Below the pieces are notes generated by a model. The model ran no database searches. It was not told the origin of the DNA and saw only the letters and a list, made by a program, of their open reading frames with translations. Source: Tubulanus polymorphus (Eukaryota > Animalia > Nemertea). Taken from it: 64,000 nucleotides of DNA. Positions within the stretch are counted from its first letter, which is position 1. Each line of letters begins with the position of its first letter. The stretch is taken from contig NC_134030.1 of assembly GCF_964204645.1 (NCBI RefSeq), positions 3,018,778 through 3,082,777 of the forward strand, read 5' to 3'. Made by a program: the position numbers and the translations under genes. This document shows positions 15,330 through 29,987 of this stretch, piece by piece.

Positions 15330-17319
15330 AACGATCCGCGCTAAGCATAATTACAAACGATCCACTCGCCTCGCAGCCTAGAGCTGGTATTGAGTCGATA
15401 GAGTGGCGCGCGCGCACTCACTCGCTAGCTACCGCCGCCGTATCGATGAACGAAACGGATTTTGCCTCAAACGTCAATATCTCAATAATTAAACCGTTAT
15501 AAACAATCACACGACGCCGATAGCGCGAGATATGTCGACGTTAAACCAGGGTATGTCGAAATAGTGCTGCACGTGTTGAATTTTATCGCTATTTCAAGTG
15601 ATCTCAGCTGTTTTTTAAACTATAAATAAAAAACCGCTTTGACAGCTAGGCGAACACACGTGTGCGTAATGTTTATACTTACACGACCAATGCGCCATCT
15701 ACAGGAGTATTGATGTCGAATGAAAGAAACGACCGATCGCTATCCTCACTTGCCAGGGTTTACGAATTTCGTGGTCATTTTACGAATTCTATATTTACGA
15801 AGAGAATGTATGAATTATTTCTACAATTGATTATTTTGTCGTAACAAGTTACTGTTAAAACGCCAGAAAGAAATCACGCTTTTCCTAATAGGACCGAACT
15901 ATTTCAAGTCGTAAGTCGTGTATTGCTTCGATAGTTGTAATGTCTAGTGTCACATTTGGATAATATGTGTCTCTAGTAGTAGTCAAACGGTCGTTTCACC
16001 GTAGAATTATCGGCATCTCCTGGCTGCATCCCTGCCACTTGCCACCAGCAGCAGCAACAGCAGCGACAAAGATACGGTTGTAAACAGCTCGAGTATGGTG
16101 CAGCACGCGACGGCGCAGTTTTGGATTTCACACGATAAATCAGTCAAAGGTAAGCGATTGAAATTAGAGAAATTAAATCGTCGATTACATTGACGACACG
16201 TTAAAACATTATCGAGCAATTCAATCACATCAGCGAAAAGCCTATTCGAGAATCGATATCATTTGAAATGTTTCACAGTCGAAGGCGTTATGAATTGATT
16301 GACGAGTTCGCTTTATTTATCGGGGAATCGACACACGTAATAAACACTCTTTCTTTTAATCAAGAGACCGTTCAGTCAATTTCTATCAACGATATGAATA
16401 TCAAACGACGATTTCGTTGTTTCTTGCATCGATGAGATGATCAGAGAATGTATGAGTGCACGATGAAATCGTCGAGAACTTTTACAAGTAGCAATAGATT
16501 TATCGCACATACTTTTTGACAGATTCTGAAACTACTGCAAACTTTCACATATTTTCGTGTCTTCTGATACGTGAAATGATTGCGAGTAATGATGATTAAT
16601 AATTTCACGCGTAGAATCGTAACGATACTCGTCGATGTTTCCCTGCGGGAAAACATTTGCGTGGATATCATTTCAACATCGGTGTATGATTACAAATACA
16701 CACGCGTATATACATATTTCATCTTGCGGCGAAATCAGCCGTGAAACGAAATACGTAGCAAACGATTAAAGTAGTTTATCAATATTGATACGCGAAAAAT
16801 GATCAACGTGCCGTGGAAGAAAAAGCGCCCGCAATGAAACAAAGACATTCTTTCATAATTTCTGGCGTGTGTGAACCCAGTGAACCCTGACAAATAAACG
16901 ATTATAATTTCTTAAATGATCAGTGGATCATACCTTTATAAATAAAACCAGCTCACTAGAAAACCTCGCCATCAGGTCGTCGAATCGAAGGTCGGGTCAA
17001 ATTTTTTAATGAAGGAAAATCCCCGTTTTTAATCTATGTGAATTTTTTTATCGTGGGATCTAATTCATTATTCAACGTCCGAGTGTGGCTCTTGTCTGTT
17101 TCAAAGCGAACACCGGGTTCCATTACTCAAGAAGTCAATTATTCTGGTATCAAATATCTACTGCGAGGCCTTGAAATGACCGGCACAAATAGGCAGCTGA
17201 ACTGCAGGTTTCGATTGAACGTATCTTCCGACTCAACAATTGCAAATCCGGATTACAAGCTCTCTCGCGGCAGCTTCTATCTTCTATCGGTTTTACAGAT
17301 TATGCTTTTCCGAAATAGG

Positions 17320-17525
17320 CAGGCCGTAGGGGGGGTTAACCCTCCATTTGGCTGATAGTGGTACTTATTTGATTTAAACCCCTTTCCTTCTTTACCTTGG
17401 GCACACTTTCCACGAAAGGGCACTTTCATTGACGCAAAAAGGGCAGTTTCCATGCATAAGAGGGAACCAGAAAGCGCCCTTTTATATCAAATAACCCCCA
17501 CACTTTAAATCTGGCTACGGGCCTG
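17320..17525. mobile_element. Possible degenerate MITE
   Basis: Left end caggccgtag, right end ctggctacgggcctg; no clear target-site duplication. Confidence 0.4.
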
Positions 17526-20500
17526 GCTAGAAGGGGAAATCCATAATCGGTAGAGACCAATCCAAAACCTGCCTAAAACATCGCTTTTCAAGCCATTTTA
17601 CACTGTCAAACAATTTGAAATAGACATTAGCTACTATCGTATTAGTGAAGATTGCACAGTCTGCATGAATTGGTATCGTGACTGGATAGTGAAAGCATAG
17701 ACAGATATTTGATCAATTAACTTAATTGATGTGTACGACATTAAACGCATTTATATATATGGGTACATCGGACCAATACGTGATTCAAATAATGAAATCT
17801 AGTTTTGCGTTTATACAAGTGTTAGCGCTTGTCACGAAGCAACTTCGCCGAGGAGGTTTGCAGTTTCGTGTATTTTGTCGCTACCATCCTGTTGCTGGAC
17901 CTGAATTTTTCTAATTAAGGCCGCGACACGTTTCTGCAATTGAATGATAATCCGATTTGAATAGCATTGACACGACGACGACGACGACGATATACCCGCC
18001 TAGAAATTAAACACACAAGCTTTGACTGCTTTTGAAAATCCACTAGGGATTGCACAACCATATACTACTTTATCGGGAACTGCGTTAGAAATAACACAAA
18101 TTACCAACTAATGCTTTTACATTATGTAGAGACCTATCTTCTTTGGGAATTCGTGTTTGTCCGAAATATCTCAATCGGTATCTGTTATCTGCCTCGATAT
18201 ATCGGCAAGATTCACCAGGGATTGCACCATCATTACTAGTTTATCAAAAACTGCGCCAGACATGACATAGAATATCAATTTTACATCATGACAATACTTT
18301 TTTTTTGATGGAAATTTATATCAAATATAAATTTTCCTAAAGGAAAATAAAACTTCATGATGTGAAATTTTGTCTGAGATATATTTCTCTAATTTTCTTC
18401 GAAAAAACGCCCGATAAAAAAGTTCTACGTTTCATAAACCCGGGTTATACAGTCGCGTGGGTTGAATTCGAAAATTCCAGGGTCCACGTTATAGAGGGTC
18501 TCGGGTATCTTTACAGAAAAATAGGATAGGATTATTACCTGAGTGGGAACAGCTATGATAAATTGATTGTTCGCTAAGGTGCGTGTAACATGATGATATT
18601 TCATATATAGCCAAGAAAAAGACGCACGAACTGGCGACGACGACGAGGAAATAATGAAAATCCGGAGTCTGCTTCAAACATTCGTCAGGAAATAAGGGAA
18701 ATTCTTTTTCTGTCATCTCTCGCCTACTTTTTTTTCAATAACCACCACACGCGTGCGTCAAAACAATTTTCGCAATTACCGGCTGCACCTACGTGACGAG
18801 AACCGACCGACTTACGACGTCGATTGCTTAGCTCTGATTTTGTGAATAAGTTTTCTGTTCTGCTTTAAAGTACTTAATGATAAGATAAGAACCCACTATT
18901 TACATCTCTCATACCCGATGACGATCCTTAGTCAACGGGAGAAACGTCGTGTATTTTCTATCAAATAAATTCTTGAGTTTGAACTTTGAATTCTGTTTAT
19001 ACTGGATTTTATCATCTTTTTTCATTTTAGTGGATCTTATCATCTGTTCTCCACGTTTGACTATTCTACCATACTTGATGATATTTTGTTTCTTTAGTCG
19101 AATTCGTTCTGAGTGTGGGTTTTGCTGTTTTGAACATATTCAGAATGGATAGTTTTCAATTCGATTTCAGACCTGTCCGTATTGAGGCTCGGAGCCAGTC
19201 GTGTACTCACTACTACTCAGTGAATAATTAATGGTGAACGGTGATAGCACTCATCAACTCAACACAACTGAAGATAATGACACTTTCATCTCTCGTGCAT
19301 GTCAGAAATTCCAGGCAACCGTCACAGGAAACAAAGACAATCAATCCATCTTTTCTCATTGGACGTTGAATAATTAATAGTCGCAGAATTCGTACCCGTA
19401 AACATACCACACCTTACCCGTTACAATCATCACTAGACTGACTAGATTCCTAACTAGAAAACCGATTCTCCGAAAGTGTCATCGAACTATAACTTGCTGG
19501 AAGAGTCGGGGGTTCGTCAGTTTAAACTACTTGTAATACATGCCGAACATCAAGAATGCATTACCAGTATCCACTCGTATACCCTACTCGTGACGTTCAG
19601 GCAACGACCTCAGCCGCCACTACCGGTGCAGCCCGCGGAGGGGCAGGTTAGCTTCATTTAAAGGCCCTAAGAGTACCCTACTCGTGACGTCCTAGCAACT
19701 ACCTCTGCTACAGTTTGGGCAGCCTAGTAGCAGGTCTGCTCTGCTTGGAAATCCTCCGATCCTTTGTTAGGAGACCGTGACGTGGCTTCATAAATGAAGA
19801 AAAGGCTTACCACGTCTTATCATAGCTTCTGGTAGCACCACGATGTTTAGTTCTGTGATGTCTTTACAACCATTTATTTTCATGGACTGCAGCCAATATA
19901 TAGAAGTCTCCATCCTCCTCGGTTTGTGAAGTGATCACGAATCCATTACCAGTTCCCACGAGTGTCTCATGTATAATGAATACCTACTTATAACATTTAT
20001 TACTTATTTCTGTTTTCGCCCTCAACCGTGACGTCACTCAAACTGAACAGCGGGAAAATCAATATCGCAGCCAAATCTATCGACTTTTCATGAGTTGAAT
20101 CGTTTCGCTGTAGATTCCCAGACAGTCTGATATTTTCAATTCCCCCGAGAATGAATATGGAGTTGATTTGTATATTTTTGTGGCGCCAATCAAGGGTCTG
20201 GAGGTAAACTTCTCTTCTCTCTCGAACAGGAGATTTCAATCTCGTATAGAATCATCGCGCTCTGTTGAGTAGATCTCGTCGGCACCGCGCGGGTTTATTT
20301 AATCAGCGCAATAATTCAATGAGCGATGACAAGATGCGGTAAACCGTCGCGCGCGCATTAATCCGTGAATTCACGCCCGGTGCGTTCCGAAGTCAAATTC
20401 AATTGTCTCGTTTATTGAAATAGAATTACACGAATGATAGACTGAATCTTGGTACGGCTACATTTGCCAGAATCGTAGATAAGGTTGATTCTCTGCGACC

Positions 20501-21512
20501 GCCAGCGATATCCCGTCGAGATTCACACTTTTAGAGCAAAGACTGATGGGGACTAGTTGCACACCGCCGCTAACCACAACGTAGTCGACTACGTGCACTC
20601 ATGCAACTGATCGTGTAGTGACGTAAGCAGTCCCGAATCGATGCTAAACGCCCGCCTTAACAGACATTTCTTTAAATCCTATCTCGATGAATCATTCTTG
20701 GGTCCGTCTTTTTTCGATCTGAAAATAGGGATTGTCCCTGTTATTTATTTGGTTGGTAAATTTCGTTTGATTTTTTGATTGTCCGTGTTTTAGCGGTTAT
20801 CTCCTTGAGCTAGGGGTTTATTTCTACGATGATATGTAAGGTAACGATTAGTCATCTCCAGGAATACTTGATATATATATACGTAATAATTCTAAAAAAG
20901 CTAATTTTCTCTTCTATCATTCGGTATAAACAAGTCTCGTGCAGCACTTCAAACCAAAACAACGTGATTATAGTATTTCACAGGATATACTTAAATCACT
21001 TGTGGCAAAATCTACAATTTTATCGTTACTTTGTTTACCTCGGAGGGCGTGCATTTACCAGCGTCGTATCTATTAACCGTATGATATAGACAGTGGTATA
21101 ATCTGTATATACACGAGCGCAAAACGCTTTAAATAAACTCATTAGAGCTTCAATCAAAAGCTACCACAGTCTATAAAAACACTTACCACCATCTTTAATG
21201 TATATTATTATTCCACGATACAAAATAAAAAGAGCCCGAAATTTTTCCTCGGGCTAGTATTCGATATAACGACTATACATGTAGTGCCATCGCCAGGAAA
21301 ACATCATATATTTATTTTTCGTATAAATTTTTTACAGAATTAATGAATAAACATTCTCTCTGGGCAATACATCATTCTTGGAGATGACTACTAGGATGTA
21401 GTTCGAAAGTGTTCTATAAAGACTATCATTGTCTAGAAATTAGTAGTTCTAATCAATACGATTTATTGAGCCTGAATAGAATACAAGAAATAAACCTCAT
21501 GGATTTACATTG

Positions 21513-21810
<298 letters not shown>

Positions 21811-24192
21811 ATACGCATTCATAAAAACAAAATGTATTATCACAACACGAACACTTTGTTGCATCGTGATTACCACCGTTGAGTCGAGTAGATACACAAT
21901 ATCTGAGTAAGAATAACAAGAGAAACCGAACAATAGATTCAGCCAAAAAATGAATATTTCTGAGGTGTAAAACTGGTATATATTTCGTGCGACGTCTGAT
22001 GATGGTTTTGATAGTATTAAGCCGACACGTTGCTCGGAATATATATTTCAGTTTTACCTTAGAACTATTCATTTTTTTTCTGAATTTATTGTTGATTTTC
22101 TCTTTTTATTTCCACCGCTGTCGTTATTGAAATGTAATTTTCCGATATTTAGTCCGATGAATTGTAAGGATTAGGAAATGAGGTCCGTATATATCGGTTA
22201 TTAGCGGGTGAATTCATTGCGCGTAGTTTTATGGTCGCGTAATTTGAATTATCGATAAATCGCAGTTTCGGGCGCAGACTCGATCGAAATTCAGTTAATA
22301 ACACGACGATACTCGTGATGAAGAGATAAAGCACGATCAGGTAATAGGTTTAACGGACCTCGCGTTAATGCTCGAACCAGACATCTTATACAAAATCAAA
22401 TCCCACATTAAGATAGCAAACAAATATTCATCGGACTTCCTATTTTTATACGGTATTCCTGAAGTTGACTGTCGACGCTTTGATACAAATCATTTTAGTT
22501 CAAGGAAGCAACTAAAGATTTCACTTTTTATCTTATATTTAATCATTTGGATTTTATTTTGTCGTTAAAACACGGATTCGGAATGTTAACAAAATATCTG
22601 ATATCATAAAACGATATTATCAATGAGCTGTTGAAGAAAATGATATTTCAATCTGTAGTTATCTGCAAATATCTTACATCAACCTATCGAGTAAAACTGA
22701 TGGCCACCGTTTCACGGTAAACGCGGACAAAGGGTTAAATACCGACAGTACCATCTTAAGAATTAACTTAAACATGTTTAGAAGAAAAGTAGCCACATTT
22801 AGAATAGATAATTAGGTTAAACCCTCAGGAGACTGGTTTTAACCTTATTATCTAAAAATAAAACTAGCGCTAATAAGGTATTTGATATCGACGCATTGTT
22901 TTTAATTAATGTTCAGTAAAGAGAAAGCCTATAAACGCTTTCCCCGCTGAAAACAAGCTGTTTATTTTATTAACGGCGTCAAAACAGTTTCACGCGATTG
23001 ATTAAATCTTCGCGGCACAAACCGACGACGCTTTTCGTTAAGACCCGAAAAGCTATCATGCTACGCAATAAAATATGATCATTCCGGCTCCCCGAAGCTT
23101 TCTGAAGCTTTTCTTGTTAAAATTGTCGATTCCTCGCCGACGTCCTATCTACACATTCTGATGTATCGGTTACCATGGAAACGACGCTAACAGCCCAGCA
23201 ATTTCTGGTTCTCTTGAGCGATAACCGTGATCAAATATCATTAGCGTCACGGACGGCAATGGTCGAACGCGATATCTTACGTTGAAAGGAGCATTTCGTC
23301 GCGGAGATAAGATCAAGAGCCTCTCTATATTTAAACATTAACGTTTCCTCTTTACGGCGCGGTTTATCGCCCATTTCTGTCCGTTTACGCATAAAACCGA
23401 AACCGTTTCCACCAGAGAGGAATTCACACAGCTTCTGACCATAACGTGTATATTATTTTCTCTTCTGAATCTAGTATAGTCTAAGGGGTAAATTACTACA
23501 CCGCGATGCGAGTCGTTAATTTTGATTCGCTAAGATGAGCAGTTAGTTCGCAAGTTTGTATCCAGGGTATCTCGTAGGTCTTGTTCAAGACCCTCAAATG
23601 TTTTTGAGTTGCCCTCTTCCGAATGAGCTCTTAACTTTTTATTACCTTATAACATGTATATGCTTCGTACTTGTAAATCAGCATCAGTATCAGCATATAA
23701 GTGAGTGACCGCTCTGCGATCGTGCACCGTTTTGATGGTATTAGAACTAGAGTAACCCGCAGTCTATAGGTAAATCGACTAAAGCATCTGTCACAAAGTA
23801 CCCTTCCCTTTTAGAACAATTTAAGAAATCTTCACATTGGCCCGTTTTTTGTTATTCTTCGCACGAGAATTCAAAACTTTCGGTTCTCTCGCGCGAGAAT
23901 TGTAAAAGTTTGGGGTTTTCTCGCTGTTCAGTTCATAAAGATTTTTCCAACCAAAATGTTTTTTTGAATACTCTCGCGCGAGATTTGTTTTCATCGTTCC
24001 CCTAGCTGTACAGAAATTATTTTTAGTATGGCCCGAATCAGCTACCATAGTTTTATGTCGTTCGATATATGGAAATCAAATATGAAATCTGCATTATTTC
24101 AAGCATCATTTATAAGAGAAAATAGATATACAATCGAACCGAAGGCAAAGAAGAAAAACAATTGAAAATCGGAAGATGAAATATTAGTTTAA

Positions 24193-24481
24193 CCCTTTCA
24201 GTGCGTCTACACCGCAGTGCGGTGTACGAATCAGTGATGGATTTTGCTAGTACACCGCACTGCGGTGTATTGATTTAATTAGTAATTACTAATTATCTCT
24301 CTTGAAAGATGGCAGCACCTGTCAAACATAGTAAAATATTAGTGAATAACGATACACCGCGCCGCAGTGTAGACGCACTATAGTGCTATTCCTGTTATTC
24401 AACACACTAGGGTGGAATTTTAAAGAATTTTTCAAATTATCTCCAGCACTTTAGGGTATTAATAAGTCAGCACTGAAAGGG
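24193..24481. mobile_element. 289-bp piggyBac-type MITE
   Basis: TTAA|ccctttcagtgc ... gcactgaaaggg|TTAA, with internal palindromes tacaccgcagtgcggtgta and tacaccgcactgcggtgta. Confidence 0.88.
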
Positions 24482-25065
24482 TTAAACATGAAAAGACTCT
24501 CATCTCTGCATCGACAGTAGATCTGTTTTTGACTTTTGGGTGTGTCGTGGATATCTGAATATCTATGAATCAAACGAGAATCATAACTCATACTGCTGCT
24601 GTTTATAAATATATACGTATTTTGTTTTCAAAGTATGCACCATATACGGATAGATCGATGCATGCTAGCACACCTATATAGCGCACCCTCGAATCGTATT
24701 CCAACGCGCGACCTTGAGGGGTTAAATGTAACTGAACCTACAGATATGAATATTGAACGGATTTACGTTTGTATCGTATATCGTCTGTCATCGTAAAATC
24801 AAGTGTATCAGTTAACTTCGAATCAATACATCGAAACATTAAAGCTTACTCGACTTACTCGAATCTTTACGACGCCCATTCCTCCTATAGACGTATGAAC
24901 AAATAATGCGTATATTGAGAACAGTTTGATGTTGTTTTGCGGTTTACACATTGTTGTCAGGGATCGATGTTGATTGAAGAGAGTCCTGAAGCAATCATCT
25001 CTCCGCGGGCGCTTCTTCGTCGTTCGGTAACCATGGATATAAGTCGACGCATTTCGTAGCCAAGC

Positions 25066-25365
25066 TCTCATTTCTCTCTCTCTCCCCCTCCTTCTCTCCC
25101 TCTTCTCCCCTCTTTCTCACTCTTCTCTCTCCTCTCCCTCTCTCCCTCTCTTCTCCCCTCATTCCATCTCTCTCCTCATCTCTCATTTCTCTCTCTCTCC
25201 CCCTCCTTCTCTCCCTCATCTCCCCTCTTTCTCACTCTTCTCTCTCCTCTCCCTCTCTCCCTCTCTTCTTCCCTCATTCCATCTCTCTCCTCTCATCGTT
25301 CTTCCCTCTCGTTCCCCTAATCTCCCTATCACTGGATCCTATCTCTCGCCCTCTCGCTTTTCTTC
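25066..25365. repeat. CT-rich polypyrimidine tract with an internal direct duplication
   Basis: Almost pure C/T; tcccctctttctcactcttctctctcctctccctctctccctctcttct occurs at ~25106 and ~25221. Confidence 0.9.
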
Positions 25366-28300
25366 TATCGATGAGAATAGTGATCAAGGTAAATTTGATA
25401 TAAACGCCCTGAAATATATCATTCATCCTGGAAATACCCGGTTTCGCAGTAAAGTGAGTCATGGGCTGAATGCAGTTATTCAATTTCCAATGAGTTAACC
25501 CTCGAGTCAAATGTTAAATCGAGAACTCTGGGATTGGGTCCGGTAAGTCAAAGTGGAATATCGAGTTGTTTCTTCAAACCATAAACTCACGTGATGCCCG
25601 CGCTGCTTAATCATCTTGTTCGTTGAAAGAACCGCATTTCTGCTCTTCAAAAAAAAAACCCGGGCAGTTCGGCGGAACAGTCACACGGCGCGAATCCGTG
25701 CGTAATTAGCGATATAGTGTGTACTCGATCGAATTCAGAAGGTTTGCAACCGGAATCACATGTCAATATTGAGTCGAACAGACTATAACACCGATATACG
25801 GATTGTTTGCCGAGTAAATCGCAATTACGATCTACGACAGTAACGCCTCTCGTTGCAGTACCAAGGATGTAAAATCCTTGATGAAACCCTTAAATGGCGA
25901 AATCCAATTTTCCGTCAATTTGAAGTTGCCGAGAAAAGGACGTTAAGTTTGTGCACTAAATCATTCAATTTCATTGAAACTTCTAAGAAAATCATGTTCT
26001 AGTTTTTGTGGATACATTCCGCGTATGGATAATTACAGACCTACGTTTCAATGATAATGATAACAATGATATATAGATAAAGCTGCTTCCAAAACTCGTC
26101 GATAACAACGAAAATGATCAGACTTTCAATGAACCTATGTTCTCGGATGCTGCCAAACTATAATTTGTGATGTCTTAAGGATTATCAGGACGCCGACATT
26201 CTTTGTGCAACTCGGAATGGAATCTGAAGAATTGGTCGTGAGTTAAGGCTCGGAAAATACTTAAGGAAGTCCGGAAAATAATTTCGTTTTTGCTCGAAAG
26301 TGTGTCAAAAGTCTGTGTTCGTCATGTTCGAAGAGAGAGACGAGATTACTTCCTTTAGACCTGTTCATTACAAGGACTTCGAGTTCAACTACGCGTTAAC
26401 CAGTGATTTAGCTCTGTGCTGGGGGAGTGGGGGGGGGGTGTAGACATGGATTATCGGATTGACTGATTTGACCGGTACAATATCTATCCATGTATAGGAA
26501 TGAGCAGCGACCTAATTCGACGTCATCGGTTTGTGTTGACGTCAGCCTTCTCTAATTCGATTCCGCGTAATCTCAATATAAGACGTATCAACCATTCCCT
26601 TCATCTGTCTACTTGTATAGAGTGGGCTTAAACCAGTAACCTTTTGAAAGCTACCGTGCGACACAAGAAATACCGCGCAGAAATCACTGTCATCTTCTTC
26701 TTGCAGTCGTATAGCCAGAGCTGCCAGTTCTTGATTTTCAGTATTTGTTACTATTTTATAACGAGAGATACTGATTTCATTTTTTCATGCGTACTGAAAT
26801 GTGAAAAATGTTACTGATGATCTCGTTATTGATTACTGATTACTAATTTGAATTATTTTCATTCATTCAATAAAATGTCAATGAAAGAAAATTCGATCTA
26901 TTTGACAGCACTTTTCAGAGGTTGGAAGCCCTGTATAGTTGAGATTTTAGACCAGTCTACAACCATCAGTTCTATAGCCGATCTACATAACAATAGTTTA
27001 GACCGGTCTTAATAGTTCAACGTTTCGACTTTAAGTCTTGACTAGAAAACCGGCCCCTGAACCTATCGAGGTTCAAACCTTTTTCTTGACCACCGTGTTT
27101 CTAAATCTAATTTGACCTTGGAAGTCAACATCAATTCATATAGACACGTATCATCGGAGAGAACCGAATCCCAAGATAATTTACGGACGGTTGTGCGTGT
27201 GTGACAGACCTATTATCGGTACACGGTATAAATCTAGGCGATCTGAATGACGGAATGCCGATCACGTAAAGCTGAAGGGGGAACTGATCCTTAGGGAAAA
27301 TAATCATCGCAAGCAGCCCTGGCAATCAAAAAACAAGCAACGCCTACAATATACTAGATCTTATACCTTAGACGCCATGTTGTGCAAACCGTTTTTTCGA
27401 TTGTCGAAAATGATCGAAATTATGGCCAAAAAGTTCCAACCCTTCTGACTGATTATACATTATACCAAGGCACTGCTGCAAAATAAATGCTCGGACTAGT
27501 TATCGTTCAGAGAATTCATATAAGATCAGATACATTTAGGAAAACTCGTGGGTTGTTGGAACCAAGTTACGTATGTACCAAATAGCCCATGCATCCCTTC
27601 AAAACCTACACACAATTATTGTTTTGATTTTCAGAGACAGACGCTTTTGAGAGGAAGTTTGATCAAAACATGTTTTCACTCCACAACCAACTGAGTGCAA
27701 TCTCAGGGCATTATCAGCAGTTGAGTGTTTCACAGGTTCACCCGATCCTGAGTTGTTCTACGGCGCTATATAATCCTTGTTCACTGGGTGAAGGGGAGAG
27801 CTTGGAAACCAGAAACTATGCCGTCACGGGATTCGTTTACGACATAATCGAACTAGAATGTGGCTGTTCAGAAATGCGAACATGCTCGGCGTCCCTCGTC
27901 GTTACTAAATCTCCGAATCCCATTCGGTAGCGGCATCCTCTATAAGTCCCTTGTTGTAATGATCGCTGAATCTCCGAGTCTATCGTTACTCGCTGACGTC
28001 ATTTTGTAATACGAACCGCTTTAAACGAATGGTTTCTTATGACGACGACTAAGACGACCTCAGTGAATACACCAGCACCAGCAGCACCCGCATGGCTCGT
28101 GTATTTATGCATAGACAGTAGTGCCGCGGATTGATTCCCTCCCGTGGGTGAATTACAACGATCTACTTACTCATCAGACGCCGTTAAATTGCCCATAATT
28201 CTATAAAAAGACGGTCGACGAACTTAACGACGTATAACCGTTAATTATTTTGAACTTGAGACTAATAAAATCACATCATAACGCGAACTATTTAATCATC

Positions 28301-28567
28301 GTATACCACGTCGTCGGGTAGACTGATGTTATACTGGTGGAACTCGATCAGTTCGTGCTGTAACGATATGTAGATGTATGTCTTTCCAACGGTGCCAGAA
28401 AAACCGTACGACCACCGATTGAACAACCGATATTTTCTAGCCAACTTTTTTGCAGTCATGTCCCATACCCATGATAACATCCCTTTATTCAAAACGATAA
28501 GTAGTTCGAAAAGATTCATTTAGGTGTAGTTTATTTCGACGTTTTGACTTATCCAAATTTTAATCAT

Positions 28568-28680
28568 CTGGACCCAGTTTCACAAAAGGGATTAAGGCCT
28601 CAATCGATTTAAGATGAACTGAATTGATGAAGAAATTAAATCGATTTAAGAGATAAACCTTTTTGTGAAACTGGGCCCAG
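28568..28680. mobile_element. Short palindromic element (MITE-like); similar copies at ~29035-29125, 32036-32260, 35075-35190, 47528-47625 and 58282-58355
   Basis: ctggacccagtttcacaaaagg ... cctttttgtgaaactgggcccag; other copies share the ends cagttccacagtt...aactcacaactgtggaac. Confidence 0.7.
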
Positions 28681-29987
28681 GAATACTGGATCAGATATAA
28701 TCCTGAAACCGTTACTTTGAATATAGAATAATATCAATCGTTCGCCATACGACCACGTATTTTCTATTTCAGAAACCGCAGCCACCACAAAGCTTTCGTG
28801 TGTGTGAAAATGATTGAATCTAATGAAATCGATGATGAAATGTCGTCTATACACATATTCGTTACTTTCAGATTTTTAGCTGACGAACAACTTTTTTGTA
28901 ACTGAATTATGGCCTAAGGGTCGATAGTGAGACGATGCGATTCGTACACGAGCTGAGGATATGAAACTGCAGGGTATGTGTGCGTGTGCGTGTGTGTAAA
29001 AAAGCAACACGAATAAGGATAATTCAGACCCCTACCCCGACAGTTCCACAGTTGCGAATTAAGATTCGACCCCATTTTGATTTTAACACAGAGTTAACCC
29101 TAACTCACAACTGCGAAACTGGATTCAATTGTCGACCATGATTATTTGACTCGAGCGTAAAATAGATTTTATTGCGGGACTTATTCGCCCTAATCATAGT
29201 TTCGGAAATGAGTGTAGCTGACTCCTCTGGAATCTGCGATCAGTAGTATACGACTGTGTAGATTGTATATAAAGCTTTCCTCGGTCGATGCCGTGACTCT
29301 AAACGTGTATCTGATACTGCGACGTTTGAGCGAATCAATCATTTTATTATGTTTGTTTCTGTCCAACTAATCCGTTTCGATTAACTAGAATATACAAGGC
29401 GTTCAAAGTGATATGAGCTTAAGTAAAATGCATTTACGCCCGTGTGTTACGTTTACAAATAAAGCTCAGTATGATACCAGTTGCGGATACCAACCAATAC
29501 AGGTCCCATATATTTTGATTGGATTTAGTAAAATACTAAGTAAAGATATCTTCTGCAAAAATTCTTGATCCACAGGACGATTTCACTGGAACCTTTTGCA
29601 GTGCAGCTGCACGGTGCAGCGTGATAGACATAATAATTCAATATAATGATGATGATAATTACCTTACATAGAAACCAAATTGGAAATGATAATATCAGTG
29701 ATGATAATACAAATTATAATAATTATTATTACTATTGATCCTTAAATCATAATAGTATCATAAGATTTATATTATATTATTTATTGTCAACAATATTACG
29801 CAATATATGTGTTATTTTTCAAGGCTTCAATAAAACTTCAAGTTAGTTTTCTGGTTTCTTTCTAGCAGGTGAGATACTGTGATACTGCAGTAAGGCACAA
29901 AACTGGAAACATCCGTATAAGTGGATTAGAAGTGATCGGGATCTGAGTCTATATTATATTCTATGCAGGCGTTCATCGATATGTGTC

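Noticed and set aside
16007-16228. 73-aa ORF with a Leu run resembling a signal peptide
   Set aside because: The Leu run comes from a short CAG-type repeat; no convincing start, splice context or homology is visible
24995-25219. E/R/G-rich ORF
   Set aside because: Translation of the CT/GA low-complexity tract
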